The notes under the pieces are model-generated. The model searched no databases and was not told where the DNA came from. It worked only from the letters and a program-made list of their open reading frames with translations. A stretch of 61,922 nt of DNA, counting the filler, from Nemertoderma westbladi (Eukaryota > Animalia > Xenacoelomorpha): the NCBI GenBank assembly GCA_032718475.1. It is 3 parts of 3 records of this genome, joined end to end, with 100 filler letters (N's around TTAATTAATTAA, not from the genome) between each part and the next. Parts side by side here need not be neighbours in the genome. Positions count along the whole stretch, not along the records: positions 33,787 to 61,922 come from JAUCBJ010000568.1; 2 more parts are not named here. One strand, 5' to 3'. The position numbers were made by a program, and so were the translations under genes. Below are positions 36,950-51,409 of this stretch, piece by piece. Positions within the stretch are counted from its first letter, which is position 1, and each line of letters begins with the position of its first letter.

Positions 36950-38010
36950 GTGTCACACCTGTTTATAAAAAGGGCCCCAACATATACTGCTGTAATTACA
37001 GGCCTATTTCTCTAACAAGCGCCTTAGGAAAATTATTCGAAAGGATTGTCAGTAAATATATACTGCACCACGTAATTAAAAATGGAACTCCCACATTAAT
37101 AACATTATTGACAAAGCAAAGACTAGACTTAACCTTCTGCGAGCTGATAAATACAAGCTTAGCAAAAGTGCTCTTTCAGTGCTACACCTCCTTTGTGCTG
37201 CCTATTCTCGAATATGCTTGTCCCGTATGGGATGGTTGTACACAATATCTAAAAGAAAGACTTGAACTAATAAATAAAGAGGCCATTAGAATTATATGTA
37301 AACTTACAATATCGTGCCGCACTGAGGACCTGTACGCTGAATCCGGCTTACAAACACCACAGGACCGCCGTGATTTAATTAAACTGAGTATTTTTTACAA
37401 GGGATCTAAAGGACACCTACCACATCACCTAACTGAAATCATTCCACCGCGTATTGATCAAGCCAACCCTTATAATTTGAGACATACGAATAAAGACAGA
37501 CTACCGATAACACGCACAGAATGTGTAAATAATTCGTTTGTAAGCTCAACTGTTGAATCTATGGAATTGTCTTCCATATGAGGTAACTGAGTCAGAAACG
37601 CTAAAAATATTTAAGAAAATCTTACTGACGGAGGGCAGATATAAAGTTAATAAATTAAACCCATATATCATGTTAGGATCTGTTGCTATCAATGGGCTAG
37701 TAGGGCGACTACACGTCGCAACTGCAGCGTACTAAAATATGACATGTACCGTAACCACATAGCCACAGACTCCACTTGCGCTTGTGGACACCAACAACGT
37801 GAGGACGCCTACCACTACTTAATGGTGGCTTAATTATTGGCTTATCTCCACACGACTCCCACAGGATAGCACTGACTACCGTACTTTCCAGCCTTAACAT
37901 CAACTATACTCTACACAACTTACTTTATGGACCGCAAGGATAGGACCTGGACATACTCAGAGCTATTTCAGCGGCACTAGTAATCTACATTACATCAACC
38001 CAGCGCTTCA
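36950..38010 (+). mobile_element. Internally deleted CR1-type LINE 3' fragment
   Basis: NYRPISLTSALGKLFER, then YTSFVLPILEYACPVWD..RRDLIKLSIFYK..LWNCLP. Confidence 0.78.
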
Positions 38011-38671
38011 CAGAACTGGGGTATTTATTTAATTAATAATTTCCTAAAATTATTTGAAATAAATATAAATATATTATATTTTGTTTTTTGTTTCCTATTG
38101 TAAATAAACATATAATTTGACTATAGTTTATTTCCAAGTAAGAAATTTCCATAAACTTATATATAATTTTATCAAAATAAGAAAATTAAATTAAATTTAT
38201 CCTCAACGTGACTTCTTCTTATATAAATGATGCACCGTGCGCGGGATGAGCGGCATTAATATAAGCTCTAGCTTGTTTGCCAATCCTACCCTTTACTCAC
38301 CTTCATATATTGTAAAGTGCAATATTAATACTTATAATAAACATATGTTTAAACAAAAAAAAAACTATAAAATATCAATAATGGATAAATTAATTGCAGT
38401 TATTAATTGCATATTGCAAAATTTTTCTGTACACCTTTTGATTTTATTCAAAAACATACCTAAAAACTACAACTAAACTATTTCTGAGTTTGTTCAGTTC
38501 AGTAAGTTTGATATCATGAAGTCAATAAATAATGTAGATTAAACAGAATTGTCGGTTATCTGGCAGTTTCATGCTTCAGGGATGGTTTAGAGAACAGCAT
38601 AGATTTATCATCAATCTGCAATTAATAATTAGATGTACAGAAATGTAATTAATAATAATTTAGTAGGCTCT

Positions 38672-39540
38672 ATTACTACTACTAGGTCGAACGAACTCGG
38701 ACAGTGGAAATGAGATCCTTCCAGGCTTCCCGATTCTCCATAGTTGTCCCAATTTCGTTTCTCCCAAGTTCAGTATCCCTTTCAAGCTACTAGTTATAGG
38801 ATCGGCATGCTGCATTGCAGCTGCATTATTAACCTTTCAAGCTGGTCTATATATGTTATAGCCGGTCATCCATGGCTACGCTTTCCTTGTGTTAATTGCC
38901 AGAAAAGTAGATCTGGTATGAGCATATATTTACTTCTCCAGCCACTGAATCTTAGTCTACATTCATGGAGGGTGGTTGATACATGTGATAATATACCATA
39001 AAGCTCGGCGTTTGTTGTGTTGTATCCATCTGATGTTTAGGGCTGCCCTTAGTCTACTACTAGTATCGGCATGCTGCATTGCAGCTGCATTTTCAGAATG
39101 CTGTGCCGGCTTGTCGAAAAAATTGCGCCGCCACAACTCCCTATCACCCATGACATTTGCTAGATCATCCGCATCTTCAATCTTCATGGGCTGTCCACAA
39201 TGCTTATTCACTCCATGAGGCTGCCAAAGTACAAGATTATGCACTGGCTGGTCCTCATGGAGAAAGCAATGTCCTGCAAAGCGGAGGTGATTTTGTTCTA
39301 GTGTCAAGCTGGGGGGTACCAATGAGACACCTCCAATGTTATTCAGTGTCTGGTTGGAGATGTGTGCATTGTACTTGACACAATGAACCCGGCGTAGCAT
39401 TCTTGTGAATGTGCCATCCAGAGATTTGGTGTCCTCAGCAGTTAGAGCCCAGCATGGACTCCCATAGAGGAGTACTGGAACTACTGCTGCTCTAAATAAT
39501 CGGACCATAAGTTTCTGATTAATACTCGGTGACTTCTAAA
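38672..39540 (-). mobile_element. Composite of RTE family B 3' end and RTE family A fragments
   Basis: 38672-39050 is the reverse complement of the 24860-25190 type; 39050-39540 matches family A (RLFRAAVVPVLLYGSPCWALT). Confidence 0.82.
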
Positions 39541-39550
39541 GCAGGACAGA

Positions 39551-39870
39551 ATGGAGGTGTTGCATCGGGAATACCGAACCCGATACCCGTACGACATCGC
39601 CGTTGATGTGTGCGATGTAAGCGCGGATCCCAACAAGGAGATCGCACGATTATACCATATGAATATGTATTTATCGCACGACGAACCGCTACCCGCCGTT
39701 AGAGATCAATTTGACAGAATGCATCTATACCGGAGAACCCGAGGGGAAGATGAGGAGACGCCAAGGGTCTTCAGCGTGTATAAGTTATTCTACAAATGCA
39801 GTGAATGTATGAATAAACAAGATGTATCCATCCCCGATTGTATAAACGAGCTGAATCCCGATGTTTGTTT
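39551..39870 (+). pseudogene. Second, truncated copy of the BEL accessory ORF
   Basis: DEPLPAVRDQFDRMHLYRRTRGEDEETPRVFSVYKLFYKCSECMNKQDVSIPD aligns to 4946-5110. Confidence 0.8.
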
Positions 39871-39989
39871 GGAGAATATTTTATCAGTTCAATCATAAAT
39901 CGTGCGGTGAATCTGTGTCGAAAATCAGGATGCTCCTGTGCACGGTCTGTAATCAGTTTCCTTACTGCCTGCTGTATTACTGGCGAATT

Positions 39990-40330
39990 ACTAAAACTGG
40001 CAAACCCCACCCCCTTTTATAGACAACCGCCTAACGTACAATAGATACGGTAATTATTTTCCAAACGTAGCCTAAACAAGCTACCCCTATTCTCCGCTAT
40101 GCAGCGTAATATCCCTAAATTTACCCACATGTATGGAGCTAAGCTAATTTAATTTATACAGAATTTCTATTTATCAAATTATTTATTATTCCAGAATTCG
40201 TAACCCTAATTTTAGTTATGGTTATAATTACATAGATTTTGCCTAATTTTACTGTATTAATTTGTCCTAATTTACGATTCAAACAAGATAGCAATTTAGA
40301 AACAGAAAACGAGTAAGAAATAGTACGGTA
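39990..40330 (-). mobile_element. Diverged fragment of the long LTR family
   Basis: aaccgcctaacgt..ctccgctatgcagcgta resembles 45800-45870 and the reverse complement of ~8360-8440. Confidence 0.45.
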
Positions 40331-40589
40331 ATTTATTCCAGCCCAGCAACATTACATTGGCCATACAGCATTAGCTCAAGTACCGGTAACACAACGTTAG
40401 CGTAATTTCTGATAAAACCCCTTAAATTACATATTAGCGTGTTTCTATTAGTTCAATGTCAGAGGAACTTATAATGATTCGTTCTGACAAAACCCCCGAA
40501 AATCCATGATATGATAGGGTAATTGGCCTTGAAATAATTGAGGGGGTTTTGAAGTAGGCCTACGGTATAGATACGGAACTAGTCGAATT

Positions 40590-41374
40590 ATGAAATCCGA
40601 TCAGGAGACCAATTTCGTAGGTGCCAACAACGAGATTTCTAAATGTATCACTGACTGGAATAACTATCAACTTGAAGAACATCTCAAAGTGTCAGCGTCT
40701 ACGTGGACATTTAACGCAGCTGATGCACCCTGGCGGGGTGGAAGTTGGGAACGAGTAATAAGAAGCACCAAGGTGGCGTTCCATCATATTATCCGTGTAA
40801 GGCTTATTTAACCGACGAACTACTTAGAACTCTATTGGAGAAGATATCGAGCTACCTAAATGATAGACCCCTTCTCCACATTTCGTCCAGTCCACAAGCC
40901 ATGTAACCCCTCACACTAGCTCATTTCTTACTAAGAAAACCAGTTCTGATGTTACCCAAATCCAATCCACAGGATGGCGATGAACTATTGAGACGTACCT
41001 GGCAAATGATGCAGCTACTATCTCGGAGATTCGCTTCACACTTTGAGAGATATTATTTACCTTCAATCCAACTCAGAACCAAATGGTTTTCCAAAAGGGA
41101 AAATGTATCTATTGGTGACATAGTACTATTAGTGGATCAAAACCAACCTAGAAAGAGCTGGGAGATAGGCCGTATAACTGAAATTCATATGGGCAATGAT
41201 GATTTAGTACATTCAGTTGAAATAGCCATTTGGAGAGCTAAACCTAAACCCAAAGTACACTATTTCAATCGACCAATCGGACGCCTTTGTTTACTAGAAC
41301 TGGCAAGGGAACGTTCTGGTAACTACGGGCTACAACGGGTTAGGCCAAGTAGTCTGACCTACAAACTAGAGTAA
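40590..41374 (+). mobile_element. Second BEL/Pao integrase fragment (frameshifted)
   Basis: SDQETNFVGA, APWRGGSWERVIRS, YLPSIQLRTKW, GDIVLL..WEIGRI..RPIGRLCLLE. Confidence 0.88.
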
Positions 41375-43844
41375 CGTCTTGTAGAAGGTTACGATTGAGT
41401 ATGTAATTATTTATTAGCCGTTCATTATAGCATAGGTATTAGTATTAGACTACACCGTGGGTAGCAACAAAACATACTTATGGTAATTGTACATTGTATA
41501 TCCTGGCCGCCTATACAACAATTTAAATTAGTGACAAATTATTTGAATTAAAATTTAAATAATTTAAAATTAATGAGTAATTAATTGCTAACGACAATAC
41601 TCAATCGTGGAAGCGGATTTGTGTGACGTTACAAGCATAGAAATATGCGAGACGTTACAAGCATAGAAATATGCGAAAATTTTTCAAAAATTCTGTCTTT
41701 AATACAAATTATTAATAATAATCAAATTTGAACAACCAAATTAAATATCGCCATAAGTAATCAATTAACTATTACAGTAGTTACTAGGGTGAAATAAGTG
41801 TGATGGCTGAACGTTCTAATCCCTACATTTACCAATATGTCACCGAATAACTTGGATAAATAAAACGAAACAACGTATTTCTCTGGAAACACAAATAGAG
41901 CCCGTATAACTGTGAATGCAACTGTTAGTACAGTTTGCATTACAGAAGCAAAACCTGTTATCATGGATACACAAAAATAGTGACATTCTGGTAAATATTA
42001 AATTTAAGACTTTTTGAACCGTAATTTGACGTTAAATCAAATTAAAATACACAAATGACCTTTAAATTAGGCTAAATCGTGTGAATAATAAATATATTGT
42101 GTGAATTCGTGTGAAGCGTATACGATTGTCCAACCTTTCTTTGATGCGAGGATTATAGTAGACCCATTTGGCTCCGGACTGGTCCGCCGTCTCCCTGGCT
42201 TGATGAGAGTATAGCATATAGCCATGATGCTTCGGTACCGCTGGTAGTTGCAAACTCGAGTCTCACCACATAGGGATCAATCAGGGACTGTGTCGCGGTG
42301 TGTCTCGGTGTCTGATTGGGGAGGTGACGTCTGCCTACCCCCGTTATATATTCAAACTCGCACCTAACTTGATAAGTCTCGATACGTTAAGACACCCTCT
42401 TCCTATAAACGGCATTCTCGGGAACAGCATGCGGAGACGATGAACACGATGATGGCTAATCTCACTGGTGAATCTACCGAACTCGCTCAGAGTATGTTGC
42501 CACGTATGGACGTGAAGAGGAAGGGCGGACAGAGAATGAATGATTGAACGACGAACGCGAATTAGCTTCTTTGGTCAAACCCGCGGTATATCCCCGATGA
42601 TCAATGGTCTTATATATATAGTCAGCTTAGCTTGAATGCCTTATTTGTGATGATAGGTGGTGCTACTGCACATTCCCTTGGAGGTATAAATGCTATGGGT
42701 CCAATGGCTTGCATTCACTCTTACTATACCCTTTAACATTAATTGTTTAGTGGAGTCACACTTATCCATGTAAAGGGTAAAACCCCGGTCAACTTTAATT
42801 GACTGGTGATTATTACTATATTTCATTGTTCTGTCTACAATTAAATTATACATTTGTTGGCTATAATTATTTGTTGTAATATTTGATATCATACCGGTAA
42901 ATTCAATTCTTCTGTTCTTTGGTTATATAATATCACTGATACCCCGAGATCATAGACATTTTCTAGACACCAAACACAGGAAGGTCTCTATAGCTAAGCA
43001 TTATTGATAACCTGAGATTGTGTTAGACCTAAATGCGTTGTCTTACCTCTAAATCAATAAATAATTAATCTATGGCGATATTTCTTGAATGTAATACAAG
43101 CGAAGCCCTTAATATTAATAACATCACGATTGAGTGTTGCCATAAATTGAATATCATAGCGATAATGTAAACATATACAGAATAGTTGCAATAATGCCAT
43201 TTCCCCTAAAGGGAAACACAATCATCAGACTTGAGCCCTTATGTAAATAATTAGTCAGACATTTACTTATTGTATTGTGCCGCCACACCCTCGCGGTACT
43301 GTATATAAGTGAAATATAATAGATGATCAATTACAGTTATAGACTGAGCGAAACGTTGAGCAAATCAATACAATTGTGGGTAAGAGGGAATAAAAGTGAT
43401 TCACTTAAGTGGCCTTCAATTGAAGGTACACTTACTAGCGCCATTACCGTTTCAAGTGTTTCAGACTGGGTGTTTTACTCGCATTCTTATGTGCTCTACA
43501 AAACAATCGGAAAGAGTCATAATATATAAAATAAGGGTGAAAAACGTATTTTTTGTCAAATGCGCTAACACTAATCAGCAATGAAATATAACAAGATAAC
43601 AACCTATGTTGCTATGCAGCAGTGAAGTAATATAATGATATCGTGATTACTACTCTCAGATACATTTGAATTTCCCATCACCTAGAACACCCTTAGTAGG
43701 CCTACAGTGGTATATTGGCGTATACATATATAACACATATAGGCCTATGTCAACGCGATTGGCAATCATTGCAATTTATTTCCTTGAATATAATTCTACA
43801 CTTGGACAGATTCTTCATTTAGAGGTAAATACAACACAGATAAT

Positions 43845-44345
43845 TGTGGCACCACCATAATGGAAGAACATGATATTGACATGATTCATACCTTTGCAAT
43901 GCAAAGGTTTTCATACCATGCCAATGCACAAAGTTTTTCTAATGGTGATGAGGAAGATATTAAGAGGTTGGAGTAAGGGACCACTTTTCAACAGGATGCA
44001 TTCTAGAATTTCAAATTCAATATAAAGTCGTCTAATTTCACTAAGTTTGCAAGTCCCATGTAAGTTTGCTAGAGAACCAGAGGAACGCATGAAATTAACA
44101 TAAAGAAGGCAACTGAATTTAGACAGTGTTTATTTTAAACAGGTCCAGTAGTACTGAGCGGAGTGTTGCCAGGTGCATTCTTTAAGCATTTTTTTATATT
44201 TACATGTTGCAATTCGTATTTTCTCGGTTGAGGGAATTGAGCATAATTCGATAGTGTTGAGTATGGCCAGAAATTCTTTGTTAAATTTGAAAAGTTGTGC
44301 TCAAGTAAGTATATATTTGCCCTAATGTTGTCCTATAACATACAT
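43845..44345 (+). pseudogene. Decayed EnSpm/CACTA-like transposase fragment
   Basis: Broken frames give PMHKVFLMVMRKIL..W, P.KFAREP, KATEFRQCLF*TGPVVLSGVL, HVAIRI, typical of animal EnSpm-type transposases. Confidence 0.62.
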
Positions 44346-46619
44346 TCTCAAAAAAATTTTGTAAAATTTGCGTGCCTTCCCATATATTATTAATCACATC
44401 TCTGTAAAATAAAGCATGAACGCATTGTTCGCGTCCTTATGAATTATTAACTTTATTTAGCCGTAATTTAAACACTGTTTTGCTATCTGTGCGCGATTAT
44501 ATAACCTGGAGAAAACTCCATTGCTCTGGATGAAATTTTAGCTATGTTTGCAACCCTAACTAGAGAGGCCTAATGTAAAATACTACTCAAATACATTAAA
44601 TGAAATAAAAATCACTCTTACATTATATTACATATTTCTCCCATGATCATTAGGGTAGATCGAAAAAAAAAAATTTTTGAAATGTAACTTTTCCCTATGT
44701 TAGAAATGTGTGAAATTGCCTAAAACCACAAAAAAACATCACTATCCCAATTTTTGACAATGCATGACCCCCGCACAATTAGTTCAAACAAACAACATTT
44801 TTTACAAAACTATGTAAAATTAATTCATTTAGAAATAATTTTTTTTTAAATATGACTTTTCCCAGTGCCAGAAATGTCTGAAATGGCCTAAAACCACAAA
44901 AAACATCACTATCCCAATTTTTGGCAATACATGACCCCCGCACAATTGGTTCAAACAAACAACATTTTTTACAAAATTATGTAAATTTAATTCATTTAGA
45001 AAGACATTTTTTTTTTAAATATGACTTTTCCCAGTGCTAGAAGTGTCTGAAATGGCCTAAAACCACAAAACAACTTTTAAAAATTTTGACACTGCATGAC
45101 CCCCGCACAATTAGTGCAATGTTTTACAAAACTATGAAAAATGAAATAATTTGGACAGGAATTTATTTTTTAATATGAATTTTCCCATTGCTAGAAGTGT
45201 CTGAAATGGCATAAAACCGCAAAAAATACACCACTTTCCAAATTTTTGACAATGCAAGACCCCCGCACAAATAGGGCAAACAAGCATCATTTTTGCTACT
45301 ACTAAACTATGTAATTATTAACTGTTATGTTAAACAGGGGCGATCAGGAGCACGTTATTAGTGCCGCACTGCTGCTAAACACAAAACTGCTACTCTCCGC
45401 TGGATGACGCTAACCTGGCCGTCCGCTAATATTTTTACTAATTTTATAGGGCTCCTGCAAATCGCTTGTTCCTTTCTCTGTTGATCGCTCAACAGAGAGC
45501 TAACTGTTCGAATCTATAAGCCACGCGGGAATAACCAAAACAATAAACCCGAATCGGCTCCCTAAGCTACTTAAAACGAGTGCGGGTGACCTAGCACTCG
45601 GAGTTCACTTATCGCAAAATACTGGAATTCACTGGCAGAACACATTGAATGTGAGAATGTTTTAATGTTAAAGGGGATAGATCTGTTACTTTCCTAGGTG
45701 CTGAAACTTGGCCTTTGGCTGGTTTTAGATCAGCAAACTTACTACTGCTGTACTGTATACTGGACACTGCTGTCAGCCCGTTGCCCCGCTATTTTCAAAT
45801 AACCGCCTAGCGTGAATAGTCTACAGTATTCTAAAACAATTACTTAAACTACTCTCCCCTATGCTGCGTACAAATTCTTATTTTATTTTATCGCTAAATT
45901 AATTACAGTCATAAATACAAATTCGCGTACTAATTACTAGATATTCCAGAATACGTACTTCTAATTTATTACGTACTGGGGCTTATACTAGCAACAGTCT
46001 AAATACGGTATTATTTTGACCTAATTAGCAATTAATAAGCATAAACTAAGAAATGGAAATCAATCAAGGGAAACAGCGCCTATCTAAGCATTCACATTTA
46101 AGAATCAGGCACTCTTTAGCAACACAACATAAATAGCGTAGCACTAAGTTAGTAGTACGGCAGTACGGCAGATAGCGCTAACTACACCAATCAGCTAGTG
46201 CACTAAATACCCGTACATTAGTACATCAGTATACCAGTATTAGTCATCCAATCAATCAGTCAGTCAGTGTAAGAACCACAGGTCACCCAAAGCCACACAT
46301 GGGACTCCTAACTAAACCCAAATTCTGCCCCCCTAAAACTACAAAGTAGAGACGGAAATCTGGATCGATCCCCCCAGTGCGCCCGCCTACCGGTACCTTA
46401 GCCCTCCATTAGAATGAATAGCTACCGTAGCGGCGCATGCAATCACAACAGTCTGACAGTCTAAGAAATCCCGTGGGATTATCACATCTTAAATCACATA
46501 GGAATTAATAATCAAAGGTAGAAATCATAATTCAAGGTTGTAATTTGCAGTAATCGATAGAGATTAAGAAAGATAGACGAAAGATTAACAATTAACCAGA
46601 AACAAACTACAATACTGCC

Positions 46620-46683
46620 CAGGCGCGGATCCAGAAATTTATTTCGGGAGGGGCTAACATTCTGTACCCAGAAACTTTTTCAG

Positions 46684-46715
<32 letters not shown>

Positions 46716-47514
46716 TGAAAAAGTTTCTGGGTACAGGGTTGTGGAACACAACACACATTTCTAACAACAACAATCTGAGAATTATTGCTATAGTATTGAG
46801 AATTTAATTACATATTATATGGATATTAAGAATAAAGCTAAAAAACGAGATTACCAAATTACCAAGAGATTGTAGGCCTACTAACATTGTACAAAATTAA
46901 ATAAGGAGTAATCGGCGGGCCTGGCGTCCTGCAAACTCCTGAATAATTTCATCTACAGTTACTATTATTTGTTTATGGATGGACATTAATGCCAGACCAG
47001 TTAATCGTTGCTGTGTCATTGTTGCCCTAAGGTATGACTTCAATAGTTTCAACTTGGAAAAAGTTCGCTCTGTTGTCGCTATGGAAATGGGAAGTGTGCC
47101 GAACATTCGCAGCAGAAATACAATTGAATAGAATTTACTGATTTACAATTATTTACAGTAGGCCTACCAATACCATACTGCCATACCGTTACAGTTTTGG
47201 TGTATGTGTTGACAGTGTTGTGTATTACAGTAAGCTACCATATTACTGTATTACCTGCTAAACTGAAACATTTTAAAGTTCACACTGTCATGCAGACTGT
47301 AATGGCTGATTGCGGTACCGGTAGTACTACTGTCAGACAGTTAGTGTGAATATGTTACTACAAATATGTAGGGGAAATTAATTTATGAATAAAGAATAAA
47401 CTCGGGAACTCTGCAGTAGCAGTACATTGGCTGGCTGCATCTGCGTCAGGTTTAGAGTGATAAAATTTCGGGGGGGGCTTGAGCCCCCTAGCCCCCCCCT
47501 TGGATCCGCCCCTG
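46620..47514 (-). mobile_element. Internally deleted hAT transposon (895 bp) retaining the C-terminal dimerization domain
   Basis: TIRs CAGG(C/G)GCGGATCCA; 8-bp TSD ATACTGCC at 46612-46619 and 47515-47522; 46897-47106 encodes ATTERTFSKLKLLKSYLRATMTQQRLTGLALMSIH. Confidence 0.93.
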
Positions 47515-47851
47515 ATACTGCCACTGGTACTAGATTGAGAGATTAAGAGATTAAGATAACTAGATAACTAGATTAAGATGCACATACCGGAAATACAGCC
47601 AATTTATAGGTGATGCAACAGGGATGACGCAATATTCCTCTCATTGGTTCCCCAATCCGCCCCATCATCAGACCAACCTGGAACAGCTGGGCCAATAAGG
47701 AAGCCGGATTGTGAACCTCAGGGCTCCCAAATCGCAAATTATTACCATATATGGTAATGGATCATGTCCCTGGCTGCTGAATGGTTAGGATTGCGTCCCT
47801 GGATGCTGGGCCTATCGAGGCTAATAACAGCAAGCTTATATCCAGGGTCCA

Positions 47852-50085
47852 ATAGATAGATAGATAGATTTATTTATACATTATGTAAAAACAATAACAA
47901 ATACACCAAACAATGTACCGGTATAAAGGTATTGTCCAACATAACATATAGGATTACCCCTAAAGCTTTGCAGCTTATTTCCAAGGGGGTCCTTTATGTT
48001 ACTTGGTTACAAATACAATATTACACTACGCTAACCTAAAACCAATATAAAACGTAATTACACTATGTACATGTACAACTTTACCGAGAGCGTGACAATG
48101 CCCGACTCAACGATAAAGATGTAATGTACAGAACAATTTATTATAAAACGTAATTACAGTATAAATAGTAAATAATTAATAAACTAATAACTTACTGTAG
48201 GACTATTGTACCTATTTTTACATTGCACACGGAGATGAGATTTAACTGCAGATTTAAAAGAATGTTGATTATCTAGGTTTTTAATTTCATTAGGCAGAGC
48301 GTTCCAATTTTTTATGCCGTTAAAAAAGAAAGTATCAGATTCAAAGGATTTACAATTCGGGAGGTAGAAGTTTGAAGCACTGGCTCTGGTACTGTAAGAG
48401 TGTGTATCGCGTACTCTGTTGAATTTTTGTTTTAGGTAATTGGGACATTTACAATTATACACTTTATGCACATGGTTAAGGCGTAGCTGCTTAACTCTAC
48501 TATCTAAGTTAAGTAGTCCAGATTCAGAAAAGTCATCTGGAGTTAGGTGGTGCCTAGGTTTGTAGTCTTTAATAAATCGTACTACTTTATTCTGAGCTAC
48601 TTGTAATTTACATTTAAGCTGTTTGGTTAAGCCTTCATACCAAGAAGAGCACGCATAGTCCATGTGACACTGTATTAAAGAAGAGCAAAGTAACTTGCGG
48701 GAGTCGGTGTTTAAACTATTTTGGTTTCTGTATAGAAACCTAAGCCTACTGTTAACTTTCGAGAAAATATTTTTCACTGTACTTTCTCCTGATAAGCAGT
48801 TATCCAATGTGGCGCCTAAATATTTAACTTCCTTTTTATTTTCAATCTTATGTCCATTACTAGTGACTTCAAACTTAGTTACCTTCTTTAACTTTCTTTT
48901 GGAACCAAACAAAATACTTTCAGTTTTACCGTAGTGAATGGATAGCTTATTATCAACCAACCACTCATTACAGGATTCTAGAACTGCACTTAACTTTTGG
49001 GAAATATGGATAGGATCTTTATGAGAGAAAATAAGAGCACTGTCGTCGGCATATAAAATGAGTTTAAAATCGGGATCTATACTACTTATCATATCATTTA
49101 CATAACATACAAAAAGCAGAGGACCTAATATACTACCTTGCGGTATACCACAGGTAATCTCTTGTACAGTAGACAGCGATTTGCTAATGAGTACAGTTTG
49201 ACCTCTGTCTGACAGGTAGGACTTGAACCAGTCTATAGAACCTACACCCATCAGGCCTAACTTACCAAGCAGAATTTCGTGATCTACAGTATCGAAAGCC
49301 TTTTGTAGGTCCAACATTACCATACCAGTATATAAACCCTTTGCGTTATTACATCTAATTGTATCAGTTAAGTTAATAAGGCAGGTGTCTGTAGAATATG
49401 ATTTACGAAAACCGGACTGAAGTTCATAGATCAGATTTAGCCTACTAAGATGTGCCTCCAGCTGTAGAAAAACAGAACGTTCTAGAATTTTAGATACAAT
49501 ACTTAAGATACTAACAGGTCTGTAATTACAGGGTTCTACTTTACTATTCTTTTTATACAGAGGAACAACCTTAGCTAATTTCAGTTCGTCTGGTACTACA
49601 TTATCTACGATAGAGTAATTAATAATAAAAGTAATAGGCACTTTAAGTACTTCAGCACCATCCTTAAGAAAACGGGCAGGTATTAGATCTAGACCGGTAC
49701 TTTTTGAGGCTGATAGGCTAAGTAGATTTTTAAAAACGAAATCCTCAGAAACGGGTTTTAAAAATAACTTTTCTGAATTTTGTAACTTTTCTAAATAAAA
49801 ATTATTTAGAGTTTCGGACCCTATACTATATTTATTACTTGATAACGGTAATTTCTTAACTAAATTAGAGGCAACATTAGTAAAATAATTATTAAATAAA
49901 TTACTAACTAGAGTATGATCATGAATCAGCTCACCGTTATCTTGCAGAACAATATTCGATTTAGATTTAAGGTTTTTATAACCTAAAGATTTTAGGGTAG
50001 ACCATAGACTTTTAGGATTATCTTTATTCTCACTTATTTTGTTGTACAAATATTCAGATTTAGCTTTTTTTATTTCCCGTTGGAC
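47852..50085 (-). mobile_element. 5'-truncated CR1/L2-group (Crack-like) LINE with an intact RT frame (ORF 48184-50049) and (TCTA)n tail
   Basis: [45 protein letters not shown]; AATAAA-like signal followed by tctatctatcta. Confidence 0.92.
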
Positions 50086-50280
50086 AAGGTTTCAACGGAG
50101 AAACAGGAAACTTGCTTCAACAGGAAACTTGCTACCCTGGAACTATTTACTTATATCCTATTACTAAATTACGTAGGTAGGGCTACATACTATACAAAAT
50201 GGATGAATTCAAAATATATTGGCGTTTTATTTTCCTTATCTAAATGTCATTGCGCGTTATTATGTCTTATCTAAATAATT

Positions 50281-50445
50281 ATACTGTATAACGGCTAATA
50301 TATTATACTGCATAACGGCTAATATATTATACTGCATAACGGCTAATATATTATACTGCCTAACGGCTAATATATTATACTGCATAACGGCTAATATATT
50401 ATACTGCATAACGGCTAATATATTATACTGTATAACACGGACTAA
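50281..50445. repeat. 24-bp tandem repeat (~6.5 copies) near the LTR 5' end
   Basis: atactgcataacggctaatatatt units; degenerate counterparts at ~6870-7035. Confidence 0.9.
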
Positions 50446-50481
50446 TATAGGTACAGCGCCACATACCGTAACATGTTAGTC

Positions 50482-50682
50482 GGGGGGTAAACGCTCCGCC
50501 TCCACTTACACCTACACCTACTTGTAGGCAGGTTAGTTTAATAAGAGAATCAGCAGTTTGAGGATCAACAGTCAGCAGATGTATTGGCTTACCAGCACGC
50601 CGGTACATATGTGTGTACACGTGTGTAAGTTTTTGTAGGCGTCTGGGGGCGAGTGTAAGTGTAGGCGTAACATTTACCCCCC
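50482..50682. mobile_element. 201-bp MITE
   Basis: TIRs GGGGGGTAAACGCTCCGCCTCCACTTACAC / GTGTAAGTGTAGGCGTAACATTTACCCCCC; TSD-like TGTTAG(T/A)C at 50474-50481 and 50683-50690; absent from the opposite foldback arm. Confidence 0.75.
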
Positions 50683-51409
50683 TGTTAGACTGTGGGTAGC
50701 AGATCCTCTTTTACCAACCCAAATCCACCATGGCTGTATAAATTACAACTTTTTAACTTCCAAAGACTAGGCCAACTGTTGAACTACAAACGGAGCTGTA
50801 CCTGCTAACACTTCATGTAATGCCGGCAGCAGTACTTTCTGTTAACAACCACTAAATAGTGAAGAAATATATCACTAATACTACTACTACTATAATCGCG
50901 CAATGTGCATTGAAACTGCACATTGAGATGCTATGATGACTTATCAAAAACATTTTGTCACCACCATGCAATCCACAATTGCCAAGCCCAATGCAGCATG
51001 AACTAAGAATGCTATGCCGGCTTATCACCAAAGTTGCACCGCCACAACCTCCTACCCCCCCCCCCCCCCCATGACTTTTGCGAAAGTCATCAAAAAAGGG
51101 TATCAGCCCATTTTTCATAGTCCCTTCCCTTGGACTGAAGAAATAATGAAGACTGAAGAACAAAGACTGAAGAATGAAGACTGAAGGACGAAGCCTCCTT
51201 GGTCCTTTTAGTTTCTTGGAGCCTTCGCCTTGGCCCCCTTCCTTGTTGGACCCTTCCTTTTTGGTCACCCAATGTAAACGGCAAGCATTTTATAAACATA
51301 GCATTATATGGACATGTGAAAGGTATATGTTAACTTATGTGAATTTCGAAGCATCTACTTGACACCAACCAATGGGCTATCCAAGTCAGGGTCTCACGAA
51401 AGTCACGGA

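Larger units (their letters stand above)
45328..50473 (-). mobile_element. Solo LTR of the family at 6843-9014, interrupted by hAT and LINE insertions
   Basis: Reverse-complement homology to 6843-9014; TG..CA termini; 5-bp TSD TGTTA at 45323-45327 and 50474-50478. Confidence 0.82.

Noticed and set aside
43195-43235. CTGATGA...GAAA on the minus strand (also CTGATGA at ~7955, ~55484, ~58473)
   Set aside because: No correctly placed stems I-III or NUH triplet; not hammerheads.
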